This document shows, one piece after another, positions 47,889 through 62,000 of a DNA stretch of 64,000 nt. The translations under genes were made by a program, and so were the position numbers. Positions within the stretch are counted from its first letter, which is position 1; every line of letters begins with the position of its first letter. The notes beneath the pieces are model-generated. The model was not told the DNA's origin and made no database searches. It saw only the letters and a program-made list of their open reading frames with translations. The stretch comes from Hormiphora californensis (lineage: Eukaryota; Animalia; Ctenophora): contig CM035362.1 of the NCBI GenBank assembly GCA_020137815.1, forward strand, positions 4,526,001 to 4,590,000, in the 5' to 3' direction.

Positions 47889-50092
47889 CTCTCAACAGTC
47901 AACCGTCCCAGTCCTTTGAGCTATACTCAAGTAAAACTTGTGGTGTAAAATAACATCAGGTCATGTAGCTTCCTTTTCTTCACGCTACTTTGTTTTCAAT
48001 TTTGACTTTTGATTGACTAGACCTCATTGAAATTCATACCTTGAGTAGTGAGTACTGGTTACTACTCAATTTATACCTTGTGGGCGTACCCTGAAAGATT
48101 GGTTATCATATTATGAGGAACCGACCGAATCAAGTAAACAACCAATCAGAACTCGTTATTTAGGTCACGTGACTGATTATCAGCCAATCAGGGACCAGCA
48201 TTTCCTGATTCGGTCGGTTCCTGGTTAGATCATAACAACTACTCAACGAGTAGTAAAATGAAGAAAACATGTCTTTAAGTCAGATATTAACTTCCCCTCC
48301 AGCAGTAGTCAGTACAACTTATATTTTCTTTCACTTTTTGTTACGTCTCCGATCCCACAACAAGTACCAGCACGACGCACGTGCAGGGCATTGTCCTAGT
48401 ATACTTGGGCCTGAGCCAACTTGCAATATATTATGTTGTGTCTGAACTCTGAGTCTCCATTTTGCTGAGAGCTGCTCCCATCAAATGTTTGATCACCCCG
48501 TACCTTTTCCCACCATCCCTAGACAGCTTGAAGATTTCAATCGCTGGGAAAAAGATGTTTCCCATCCTTTCTTTCTCGTAGCTCCTTTACTTTTTCTATC
48601 TCTCTTCGCTCCTTCGAGATCTCTCTTTACTTATTGTATCCTTACTCTTTCTTTTCTTTCCCCTTCGCTCTCTTTTCCTCCGCACCTTGCTCTCTTTTCC
48701 TCACCTCCCTCTCTTGTTTTCTAGCGTCCTCCCTCTTGTTTTTTGACGCCTCCACCACGGCCCACGGTGGAGGTTAGAGGAGGAGAGGGTGTTCGAGGCG
48801 TACCGCTTACCAAGCTAACGGCTTGAACCAATGAGCGGCCGTGTTCGAGGTCACGTGATACACTAACGACTGTGTAGAATAGAGAGCTAAGCGTTCAAGA
48901 ACTGGGAGAAAGGGAGAGAGAGAGCTAAGTGGTGGAGATATGGATAAGAGAGAGCTAAGAGAGAGAGGAGAGATCGAGAGTGTAGAGAGGCAGAACGAGA
49001 GAGAGAGAGAAGGAGAGAGAGAGAGAGGAGAAGAGAGAGAGAGAGCGAGAGAGAGACGATCGCGTCTTCATCTCTCTCTCCTATCTCTATCTAGATTCTC
49101 TCTCACTCTCTGATTCAGCTCTCGTATAGATCAAAAGATATATTTAAGAACCTCCGATGAGTCTACAACAGCCACGTCCTGAGCTTTGTTTTAGTGCAGT
49201 GAAAAACACCTCGATTTTCTTGTGCATCCCTGAATCTGTAAATAGCTTTTTAGAATTTTAGATAGCACATCGGGCTCAAAACATGAGGAAAATGAAATTA
49301 TTGAGGACGTTCTCATAATCTCATGTTGATCGTCCAGTGAGAGCATCCCACAATTCTATCAATTGCTCTCCTCTCTCCATGAGACCCAGTGACACTCTGA
49401 TCATGTGTACATAATCAGCAAGTCTTTGAATATATTTATTAGAAGCTTAGTAGTCTTTGAATATGTTTATTAGAAGCTTAGTTGTCTTTGAATATATTTA
49501 TTAGAAGCTTATAGTAGTCTTTGAATATATTTATTAGAAGCTTAGTTTAGGTCTAGAACCGTACACTAGACTACTTTTCCACCTATTATAATAGCTGCTT
49601 TTTATTTTATTTTTTATTTTTCAACTTGATACATATAATATCTGTGTGTGGCTCGTACACTACGCTCTGTGAGGGTTCGGTAGATCAATATGATCTGTGA
49701 CAGTATTAGTCCTTTGTTATTCATCTTCTTGTTCGGCCTAATTCTCGCTGCCTACCTCCTCATTCCCCTCATTCCTTGCGTTGTTCCTTCCCAGCTCCCA
49801 TCCAAAATATACCCACAATATTCCCCCTCGTGTAGGAGGAGCAGATGAATGATCCTGCATTGCTCGGCCCTGTCTCAGGGCCTGAAACAAGGGCATGGTC
49901 CTGGTCCTGGGACCACCTGTATCCTTTACAAGAGCCTTGCCATGCTGTGTTTTGCTACACGATTCTGCACTTTTTGCGTGTTGATATATAATCCTGTCTG
50001 GCGCTTCAGGGCTCTGTTCTGAGAATGGGTCTGACGCTAGACAGGATGTATATATTCCTAATATTAAATATGATCATCACCATTATTTTCAG

Positions 50093-53000
50093 GTATCTCT
50101 ACCACCAGTGTTGAAGTCCCATCAGGGGTTGAGGGGACACTAACATGCTCCCTTACTGACGTATCAACAGAAGTAGTTATTTCTTGGTCTGATTCCGGGG
50201 GAACGGCTGTTACATCCGGTGTCACTCCGATAGCATATGATTCGGCCACCCAAACTCAAGGGTCTCAGTTAGCGGTAACGGGATCAGAGGATGCTCTGTA
50301 CACGTGCACTGTGACTTATAATGGGGCTGAGGTGGGATCAGCTACTGCTAATTATGGGGTTTATGGTAAGTAGGAGATAAAGTTAATTAATTAATTAATA
50401 AAGTAAAATTTTCAAGTAGTCACCCGTTAATATTTTGCTATTGAATTAGATCCGTTCAAAATCTAGTAGATCTTCTCTGTTAATCTACTAATTATATCAG
50501 TAGATAGTTTTAATTAGTTAATTAACCCAAATTAATCCCATCAGTTATGAGTATACCATCCGGGACTCCTGCAATAATAGTGATGGCCGATGACGCTGAT
50601 GACCAAGTATTTTCCTGTAAGGTGTCCGGATTAGCAGCGGCTGCAGAAATTACCTGGGTCGAGGATAACACGGATATTTCCAGTGGAAATGGTTTAACTA
50701 TCGCGGACACGGCATTCTCGAATGGAGAACAGGTATAGATCTCTGTCTATCTGTCTGTCTGTCTATTTACCATAGTCAGTTTGTGGATCTGTCGGTTTGT
50801 GGGTCTGTCTGTATGTCTGTTTGTGGGTCTGTCTGTCTGGTTCTAACCTACACTATTTCACAGTCTACCAAATTAACGCTATCAACTGGATCGGGAGGGC
50901 TGACCAAGACCCTGGGTAGAACGATATACTGTAAAGTAAAGTCTGGGGAAGAAGCAGCCTCAACACCAGGAACAAAATTATACAAATTTTACGTTTTTGG
51001 TAGGTACATGTATTGTTTTATAAACCACCCCCCCTGCTGATATTTCCCGCAGTCTACTATGGTATATCAGATAATTCCCTCCCGCTGTTGTCAGTACCCA
51101 TTCACACTTTTCATAATTCCGGGGGTCGGTTTATAACAAATAACCACGGCTAGTAAAGTGATGAAATTTGATAATCCCCTACGGGGATTATCACACGTTC
51201 TTCCCCTCGGTCGCTTCGCTCCCTCGTGGAGAACTAGTGATAACCCCCTCCTGCGTCGGGGGTTATCAAATTTCATCCCTGCACTAGCCGGGGTTATCTA
51301 TATTATAGCAAACATTTGGTAGGTACACGTTGTTACTCAACAAGGTACACACATTGTTTGCCTAGCTCGACCCCCTTTTCGCGAGCTCCGACCTTCCTTT
51401 ACAAATGTAAAGGAGGGTTAGAGCATATCAACGTATTGTGTTATAGCAAACATGTATCTGCAGCGTAAGGTACACAACAAATATTTGTTGTTGTCAAGAG
51501 GTTTATATTTTCGTATTCAGACACTCGTCCCTTTCTTTCTACTCTCTAAAACACCCCCCTCTCTCTCTCTCTCTCTCTCTAAACACCCCCACTCTAAACA
51601 CCCCCACTCTAAACACCCCCCTCCCTCTCTAAACACCCCCACTCTAAACACCCCCTCCCTCTCTAAACACCCCCTCTCTAAACACCCCTCCCTCTCTAAA
51701 CACCCCCTCTCTAAACACCCCTCCTTTTTAGGTGCTACTGTCACAAGTGTAGAGATCAACCCAGCGACCACCAGCTCAGCTACAATCACGTGTTCACTTG
51801 ATACACTGGGTACAGATGCCACCATCAAGTGGTACCAGGATTCAACTGAGATGACAGGTGAGAACACCACTCAAGTTAGAAGTTGTAGTTAGAATTTGTA
51901 TGGCGGCGCCATACAGATTCTAACGCCATACCCCATTTGATTCTCAGATGGGGTCGCGACGCCGGACAGGTTAGAATAGACACCAATCACCATGCAATAC
52001 GGGTAGACAATTCAACTGAGTAACTGACGGGATAGAACAAAAAGAGGGTGTTTTTTTGTGACAGCCCCCAGTCCCCCACAAACAAATTTAAGTTAACAAT
52101 AAACCTCTATATTCAGGTTATACACCCGGAAGTTACGCCGGCAATGCTAAAAGTTCAACCCTCACCATTTCTAACCCCACTACTGATTCCACGTACACCT
52201 GCAACGTGGAAGGGCAGAATGTCAAGACTGGGACCATCGGTGTATACGGTAATTATAAACACGTAGTGATATGATTGTATTTGTTATCATATTGGTTACC
52301 ATGGTAACTGATAATTTCACCCATGTTAACTAAAACTCCCCCCCCCAGATATCTCAGTGGCCAGTATGGAGGTCCTCAAGGGCAGTACAATCACCACAAC
52401 CTGCACGGTAACCGGGGTAACCAAATCGGGTACATTCTCCTGGTACAATGCTGATGGTTCTGATGCCGCTGGGAATGCAGGAGTTACAGTTGAAACCTTG
52501 GCATTCAGTGGTGAAGAGCATAAGTCTACGTTTGAGTATGCTAACGTTGATGGAGGTAAGTTGATTTGTTTTGAAAAGGGTCTGAAAAGAGTCAAGAAAC
52601 TCAATACAAGCGAAACTGCAGAGATTCAATAGAATTTGAAATTTGTACATTATTTGATCCGTTTCTTATTGGTCTTTGAGGTACAGAAATATATTATTTG
52701 AGGTAGAATTAATATACCTAGTTGTAAACCTACTTTAATTTCTACAGATGGGACATTTACCTGTAAATTCCAGTCTGGAACAGAGTCAGCCTCAGAAAAA
52801 GGGTCGGCAGAGTTTCAGATTCTATCTTATGGTAAGTTATATTTCTAAATTAAATTCTAATTATAAATTAAATCTATCCTATGGTAAGATAATATATTTC
52901 TAAATTGAATGACTTCCCCTCCCATGATTGGGATGGGAATGGTTGTGTGTCGTTGTTGGTAACTTCCACATGATGAGGGTTAACAATTTCCTTCTTTTCA

Positions 53001-56000
53001 CTCCCATATTTACTTTGAACTTTTTTTAATTTAATGTTAACGCTCCTTCCCTGTACAGAACTAGAGACAGTGCCTGCCTTTGCCCAAACGAACCGGATTC
53101 AAGGACTGAAGGTGTCTCTAACGTGTGTGGTAAAGGACTATAGTTATGGTACGGGTGCAACAGACATGCCTGAACTTACATGGAGTCCTGTTGTGAGCGG
53201 GTAAGTACTTTGAATTAATTTGAATTAATTTGAATTAATTATTAATCAAATTAATTAATTATTAATCAAACTGATTAATTATTGATTAAAAAGCTATTGA
53301 TTTTTAATTTGTGCAGGTCAAGTACTGTTAACGGAGAGCCTGGTTCGTCAACCAATTCAGTTTATAGTTTCGATGTCGCTGGGATCGAAGATAAAAAAGT
53401 ATTTACTATGACCTACAAGTCATTCAAGTATCCTACCTCCACGACGGGGAGTACATCTATAACACTGGACACCTATGGTGAGAGAGAGCGAGATCAGAGA
53501 GACAGAGACATAAACACTAAACAGAGAAACAGAAACAGAGAAACAGAAACAGAGAGACAGAGACGACATCTGTTTTATACTAACCCCTTCTCTCTCGCAG
53601 ATATCACGGTTGCAGGGGTAGAGGTAAAATCAGGTACCCCCGCAACACTCACCTGCACTGTCTCCAACCTGGAGAGTGACATCACTATCACCTGGGAGAA
53701 GAACGGTGCTGTCCTGGTGTCCGGATCTGGTGGTGTAACCATGACAACAGAAAATAAATCAAGTGGGGGAACGCAGAAGAGTGTTCTGGTGGTGGAGTCC
53801 CCTACTACTGATGGTGTGTACACCTGTAAGGTAGCGGAGGGTAGTGGATACATGACAGCTGATGTTAACGTTTATGGTAGGTTCTTTGTTTATTTGTTTG
53901 TTTGTTTGTTGCTTTGATTGTTTGTTTCTTTGTTGGTTGTTTCTTTGTTTGTTTCTTTGCCTATTCGCTCATGTGTATATAATGATATGATAATGTTATT
54001 CTATAAGCGTGATTTAAATGTTGCCCTTGAGTAGCTCGTGATCCATTGTTATAGGCGTCGGCTGATAATATAGGCTATTCTATTAATAGAACAGGAAATA
54101 TAATAATTTTCCATCTATTGGTAACCAGCTGTTTTAAAAGGAGGGTCTTGTGAATGAACTCTTACTATTCCCCATGAAATTATCTAACCCTACCCTCACC
54201 AGATGTAACGGTTTCCGACTTCGAAGTGGTATCAGGCTCCACAATCTCCCTAACGTGTGCCGTCACTGGATAAATCTGGTGGCATGAGGATAACCTGGAA
54301 GGATAGTGCCGGTACCCAGCTCGATACGAACACTAACCAGGAGAGTCTTGTTACTGTGGTAACATGCTAGTGGTAGTGGCAGTTACACGTGCGAGACAGG
54401 AGTCCACGTGGCAGACCAGCCCTGTGTGCACTACTACCGCCAATGTGGACACTTATAGTAAGTTGGGAGTTAATTGGATTGTTTTTAATTGGTCGAGCCT
54501 CTTCAGTCTCGCCTCCTCCAACTGGTATGATGTAACTCTTCCATCCCTAGCATCTAGACTCTAACACCCTCCCCCTCCAGCGGTGTCAAGTGCATCTATT
54601 CACTAACACCCCCTCCCTCCTCCCCAGCCTCTATTCGCTAACACCCCTCCCTCTCCCCAGCAGTGTCAAGTATCTCTATTCTCTAACACAGTAACACCCC
54701 TCCCTCCCCCCAGCAGTGTCAAGTACATCTATTCTCTAACACCCCTCCCTCCTCCCTACAGCGGTGTCAAGTATCTCTATTCTCTAACACAGTAACACCC
54801 CTCCCTCCCCCCAGCAGTGTCAAGTACATCTATTCTCTAACACCCTCCCCCCCCCCCCCAGCGGTGTCAAGTACCTCTATTCTCTAACACCCCCCCCCAG
54901 CGGTGTCAAGTACCTCTATTCTCTAACACCCCCCCCCAGCGGTGTCAAGTACCTCTATTCTCTAACACCCTCCCCCCCCCCCCCAGCGGTGTCAAGTACC
55001 TCTATTCTCTAACACCCCCCCCCCAGCGGTGTCAAGTACCTCTATTCTCTAACACCCTCCCCCCCCCCCAGCGGTGTCAAGTACCTCTATTCTCTAACAC
55101 CCTCCCCCTCCCTCCCCCCAGCAGTGTCAAGTACATCTATTCTCTAACACCCTCCCCCCCCCCCCCCCCAGCGGTGTCAAGTACCTCTATTCTCTAACAC
55201 CCTCCCCCCCCCCCCAGCGGTGTCAAGTACCTCTATTCTCTAACACCCTCCCCCCCCCTCCTCCCTACAGCGGTGTCAAGTACCTCTATTCTCTAACAAC
55301 CCTCCCTCTTCCCTGCAGCGGTGTCGAGTATCTCTATTCTCTAACACCCCACCCTCCTTCCCTGCAGCGGTGTCAAGTACCTCTAGTCTCTAACACCCCT
55401 CCCTCTCCCCTGCAGCGGTGTCAAGTACCTCAGCTCAAGTGGCTGTGGGTGCCAAAGCGGTTCTGTCCTGTGAATTAAAGGGTGTCAAAGATGAGGGAGT
55501 TGAAGTAACGTGGTCTGCTAATGGAAATGATATTGGTTCTGGAACCGATCAAGGTATTATTGGGTGGTTCGGTGTGTTTGTTAGGAACTTCTAAAAGTGG
55601 GCAGTGAGTTCTCCCCCGACCCCCACGTGTTGGTCCACCAATGTCCGTAGGGCGGTTAGGATCTACTAGTGGTAACCATCGTGGTTACTAGTGGTAACCA
55701 ACATGGTTACTAGTGGTAACCAACATGGTTACTAGTGGTAGCACAACTAACCACTCCGCATCCTCCAGGAACGGTATTGAGTGGAGATCAGATCTCCACG
55801 TTTACCAAGGATTCGGCACCTGACACTACGGGTCAGGTCACATACACCTGTACCGTCAAGTCCAAGGCACTGCCAAACTCACCCTCTCACGAGGAAACCC
55901 TCAACTTGTGGACTTATGGTGGGTTTTAGACCTAATTTTTAGACCTAATTTAGACAAACTAAAACTCATGTCTTTCTCTCTTCTCATACTCTCCCTGTTC

Positions 56001-59000
56001 TCTAACTAATCCTTTCCCTCTCTCCAGATGTGACCCTCCAGCACCACACTCCACCACACTCCCATTTCAGATGTGTCCCTGCAGAACCGGGAGGTAATCG
56101 TGGGAAGTACCGTAACCCTCATGGTATCCGTATCCGGTGTCCCCTCCTCCGAACCCATCAAGGTCACCTGGACCGGCCAAAGTGAGAGTGATGTCACGGT
56201 TGCCAATGGTAACGGTGATACTGTCATCTCCAAACTGGTGGTAGCTAGTGCTGAGGCGATGGATGTGGCAGTGACTGTGGCGTCAGTTAACCATCCTGCC
56301 TCTACTGTGTACACCGGAAATGTTAAACTTGAAACGTTCAGTAAGTTGAGGAATAGTGAGATTTTGAGAGAGAGATTTACAGAGATTCAGAGTGTCGATA
56401 ATCATAAAATTAAGATCTATCTCTCTCGCCTATCTAAGTTAGATTCTAACCAGCTTCTCTCACTTATCTAACCAAATAGTCTCCCTCCCTCCCTCTCCCT
56501 TATCTAACCAACTTCTCCCTCCCTCTCGCTCATTTATCTAACCAACTTCTCCCTCCCTCCCTCTCACTTATCTAACCAACTTCTCCCTCCCTCCCTCTAA
56601 CCAACTTCTAACTTCCACCTCTAACAGATGTAACAGGTGGAAACGTCCTCGTAACAGCCGGGTCAACTGCTACATTAACGTGCACTGTCGATCAGATATC
56701 ATCAGATCCAGTGGTTATCACGTGGGTCGTCAGTGGAGTCCAGATAACTGAGGGCATCACCGAGACAGAGTTCAGCGATGTGAGAAGAGTTTTTGTTGTT
56801 GACATAACAACCCCACAACTAAACACAACAGCTGGGAATAATTACTAAACAACAATTACGTCCCAGTCTCATAACCAATAACTAATACTTGACAATTGCA
56901 ATGTAATTATGTAATTTATTAATAAAATGTAATATAATTATGAAGTTAATTAATAAAATGTAATTAATTTCAGGACTACAAGAATCAGTCTTCAGTGTTG
57001 GTAACGGGGCAGATAGAGAAACTGACAACATACGAGTGTAATGTACAGAGTACACTGTATCCTGAAAGTCCTGCTCAAAAGAAACTTATGACTGCTACCC
57101 CATTCGGTGAGTATTGACAAGATTTGTAATTTAATTATGTAATTACCCATTAATTAGTTAATTAAGTTATAACTTAATTAACTAATTAATTATCATATTA
57201 TGAACAAAAAATGTTCCAGGTATAACAGTTAGCAACAGGGAGGTGCCTGTGGGAACTGAGGTAGTCCTAACGTGCTCCGTATCTGGGTTTAGTGGTACCC
57301 CAACCCTTGAGTGGACACTTGGCAACAAGAAACTGACATCAGGAGATACTTATAAGATAACCGGGGAGACTCAGGGAGGCGCGGTGAGTAGATTCATTGA
57401 TTTCTGATTAAGATTCCGGATTCTAGTTCCCAAACCCTAATGTGCTAGTTTTTCATTCTAATCAGTCCCTATATTTCCTCCTATAAGTTCATCTTTCTAG
57501 TTCCCAACCCCTATTTCAGGTCCATCTCTCCTACATTACTCTGACGGCAGATAAGGATGATATGACATTTACCTGTCGCGTCAAGAGTGCCGGACAGACG
57601 GATCAGACGGAGACTGCCGCTGTTTACAGTTACAGTAAGTTAATTTGCAGAAACTGGAATAATTGGTAGGGGTCGATGTAGTTATCGACTCTACTATTAT
57701 TACTTGTTTGCCAAAATGCCAGCCCCTGGAATCACAAATTGGCCAGGCGTTTTTGACACTGCCCCTCTTGTTTGTTCGTTTGTTAGCGATTGCTTCATCC
57801 AGTTTTTCAAAAATGTCTGAGATGCCCGGATGCGTGGCTCGTGAGTTAGAAGTCCTCAGTTGCTAATAGCAACCGTTCCTAACAACCAGGAAACGACCGA
57901 ACCGGGTTTTTTTCCACCGAACCGAACCGAACCGAATTTGAAAAACTTTTTTACCGAACCGAACCGAACCGAACCGAACCGAATTTCGGTAACCGAACCG
58001 AACCGAACCATACAAAACTTTTTCTGTATAAATGTTTCTCTAAAAAGTCATGGAGAGCACCGATCAAGGTATTGAGAATCATTCTCTGAAATTTTGTTAA
58101 AAAATGTTTGAAAAAATTTCAAAGTCAATTTTATCGTAAATTTTCTATGTCAATTTTTGCGTACGAATCGTGTTTCGAATCGGCAATGCTATACGGGAAT
58201 GGTATTGCTAATTAGCAGGATTAAACGAACCATGAATCGTGTCTCTCTAAATTTCCTAATTAGATTTGATGGGGGATCACGTATCAGCACAATCCATCTC
58301 GGACCCACTAATTACCAACATCACTCCCGTTTAGCATTGTCGATTAGAAACACGATTCGTATACCATAATTTACTTAAAATATTTTTCACAAAAAAAAAT
58401 TTCACAAAATTTCAGGTAATGATTCTCAATACCTTGATCGATGCTCTCCATGAATTTTTAGAGAAAATTTAATTTTGTGAAAAAACTTTGTAAAATATTT
58501 CAAAGTCAATTTCGGAAAAAACATTCTATGTCAATTTTGCCGTACGAATCGTGTTGCGAATCGGTGATGCTATGCGGCAGTGCTCTCGCTAATTAGCAGG
58601 ATTTATTGAAACATGAATCGTTTCCCCTAAACTTCCTAATTAGATTTGATGGGGGATCACGTATCAGCATAATCCATCTCGGACCCACTAATTAGCAACA
58701 TCACTCCCGCTTAGCAATACCGAGTCGAAACACGATTCGTACGCAAAAATTGACATAGAAAATTTTCCATAAAATTGACTTTGAAATATTTTCCAAACTT
58801 TTTTACAAAATTTCAGAGAATGATTCTTAACACCTTGATCGGTGCTCTCCATGAATTTTTTGAAAAAAAAAGTTTCTGAATTTGTTGACCCTCTCATGAG
58901 GACACGATTCGACGGGAAGTCAGGTATCAAATCAATCCATATCGAACCCGCTAACTAGCGAAATCATTTCCACATAGCACCACCGATTCGAAATAGGGTT

Positions 59001-62000
59001 AATACGGCGAAATTGACATTGAAATCCATACAATTTTCGTGAAATAATTGAAAAATTTTGCATGAAAAAGCCCGATTTCTCGGCATTTTTTGACCAAAAA
59101 ATTCGGTGGTTCGGCCAAAATTTCCTACCGAACCGAACCGAACCGAACCGCCCAAAAAACACCGAATTTCCGAACCGAACCGAACCGAACCGAATATTCG
59201 GTCGCTTCCTGCTAACAACCCTTCTCTCTCTCAGCTGTTGAATCTGAGAGTTACGACGTCCCTGTTGGTGAGCCCAGTACCATTAAATGTAAGGTGAAGG
59301 GTGCTACGTCCACCACACACACCCTTACTATGGGGTGGAGGGATGCGAGTGATAAACCAATCACTGATGATTCACCAGGAATGACGGTCAGGTGAGTGAA
59401 GTAGCAATAATATGTAATACCCAATTAGACACCCAATTAATACCCAATTAACACACGGTTATCATCCAATTAACATTCAATTAATACCCAATTAACATCC
59501 AATTAATATCAAATTAATATCAAATTAATATCAAATTACTTCCTAATTAACACCCAATTATCCACCTCAGTAAAATTACCCAAGGAGCGGACCATACGTT
59601 GGAGTTGACGGTGGCCAAGGCTGATTCTGATACCGATATCAATTGTGTAGTAACTGTTACAGGTAATTTAGAGATCTATCTAGCCTTTTAATCACCTGCC
59701 TGACAGCCACCTGTAATATTCCTACTAATTAAGGGTACACCTCGGCAAAATTTTTGTCGAGTGCCCGCTTAGCTCTCTATATGGGGTTGTAGGGCATACC
59801 AAGCCGACCTCAAATATGCAATTTTAGCCCTTAACTCGAATTCATATTTTTGCTACAGCCCCTCAAAGTTTGACCCCAAAAACCGGTTTTTAAGGTCCCT
59901 AAATTTTATTTTTAGGGCTAGAAAGCTGAAAATTTAGGGATTCATAGAGGATACCAAGGTGTATAGCTCAAACAGAAATTTTTTGAAATGGAGCTCAATT
60001 TTTTGTCTGAGACTGTTTTACTTTTTTTGACTTTGAGGCCATATTTGGACATGTTCCTATGGACCGTTAAGGCTAAAAATTGGATATTTGGTGCTCCTAA
60101 CAATTGTCAAAGTAGCCACAAATTTTCAGGAGGTCCGAATTTGAAATGTGGCCTACAGGTTTCTTTTTGTAAAGCACATATTTTAGGAAAACTTAAAATG
60201 GCTATATCTCAAAAACGGTAGGTCCTAGCGATCTAATTTCGTGCTACATCGATTCAGCGGGTCCGATTTTGGGGGGGTCGTCTCTTAGACATTTTGCTCT
60301 AAGTCTAACCGTTTTTTCAGAAATCTTATTTTAAGATTTGAACATGTTTAGCAGAAATAGGTAAGATTAGCTCTAGCTAGAAGCATTTCTGCTAAACATG
60401 TACAAACCTTAAAATATGATTTCTGAAAAAACGGTTAGACTTAGAGCAAAATGTCTAAGAGACGACCCCCCCAAAATCGGACCCGCTGAATCGATTTAGC
60501 ACGAAATTAGATCGCTAGGACCTACCGTTTTTGAGATATAGCCATTTTAAGTTTTCCTAAAATATGTACTTTACAAAAAGAAACCTGTAGGCCACATTTC
60601 AAATTCGGACCTCCTGAAAATTTGTGGCTACTATGACAATTGTTAGGAGCACCAAATATCCAATTTTTAGCCTTAACGGTCCATAGGAACATGTCCAAAT
60701 ATGGCCTCAAAGTCAAAAAAAGTAAAATGGTCTCAGACAAAAAATTGAGCTCCATTTCAAAAAATTTCTGTTTGAGCTATACACCTTGGTATCCTCTATG
60801 AATCCCTAATTTTTCAGCTTTCTAGCCCTAAAAATAAAATTTAGGGACCTTAAAAACCGGTTTTTAGGGTCAAACTTTGAGGGGCTGTAGCAAAAATATG
60901 AATTCGAGTTAAGGGCTAAAATTGCATATTTGAGGTCGGCTTGGTATGCCCTACAACCCCATATAGAGAGCTAAGCGGGCACTCGACAAAAATTTTGCCG
61001 AGGTGTACCCTTAACACTTACTAATTACCATTTACAGTCGGACCCCGATTTAGGGACACCCTCGGGGAAAAAAATCCTGTCCCTAAATCGGGGTGCCACT
61101 AAATTGGGGGCCCCTAAATCGGGGTCCGACTGTACTAATTACCACTTACTGAATTTAGTGATGCAGTTTCTAACACATCCTCTTTTTTTTCAGACGAACC
61201 GCCTGTAGAACAAGTGGTCCCTGTAAAAGTCTACACAGCGGTTGCAAAGGGTGCCTCAATTAAAGGAGGTGAAACAGCAACACTATCTTGCTCGGTCACA
61301 GGTCAGGATGATGCCCTGACATTGAAATGGATGCAAGGAGAGGGAGTTATATCTGATGGAGTTGAGACTGTTAAAACTGATAGTGGTGGGATCGAGTCTA
61401 CCCTGACCTTCCAGCCAACATTTGAGAAGACGTACACGTGCAGGGTTGAGGGAGAGGATAAGAGTTATGATTTTGAGGCACCACTTGAGATTAATGGTAA
61501 TTATTTAACTAAAAACATGACCACTTGCGGCACTATAAACACACCCGCAACTAAACACCCCATTCTACTTAACACCCCACTCTACTAAACACCCCACTCT
61601 ACTAAACACCCACTCTACTAAACACCCCACTCTACTAAACACCCCACTCTACTAAACGCCCCTGACCCCACTCTACCCCCACTCTACTAAACACCCCACC
61701 CCATTTAACACCCCACAACGCTAAACCCTCCACTAAACACCCTGCACCCTGCACCCTCAGATTTGGAACTGACCCCAGCGGATGATATCAGGGCGTTTAA
61801 TGGCCAGGAGGTGACCCTCACTTGCAACTATATCTCCAGTACTATTAGTGAAGGTTAGTAGTGTAATTAATTAATTAACTAATTAATAATTACTTTAGCT
61901 GAATTATATCAACTGTTGAAAAGTGGTGTATTAGTAAATGAAGCTACTCTATTCTATCATTCTTCCATCTGTCTCTCCACGTAATGATATCGGTTCGGAG

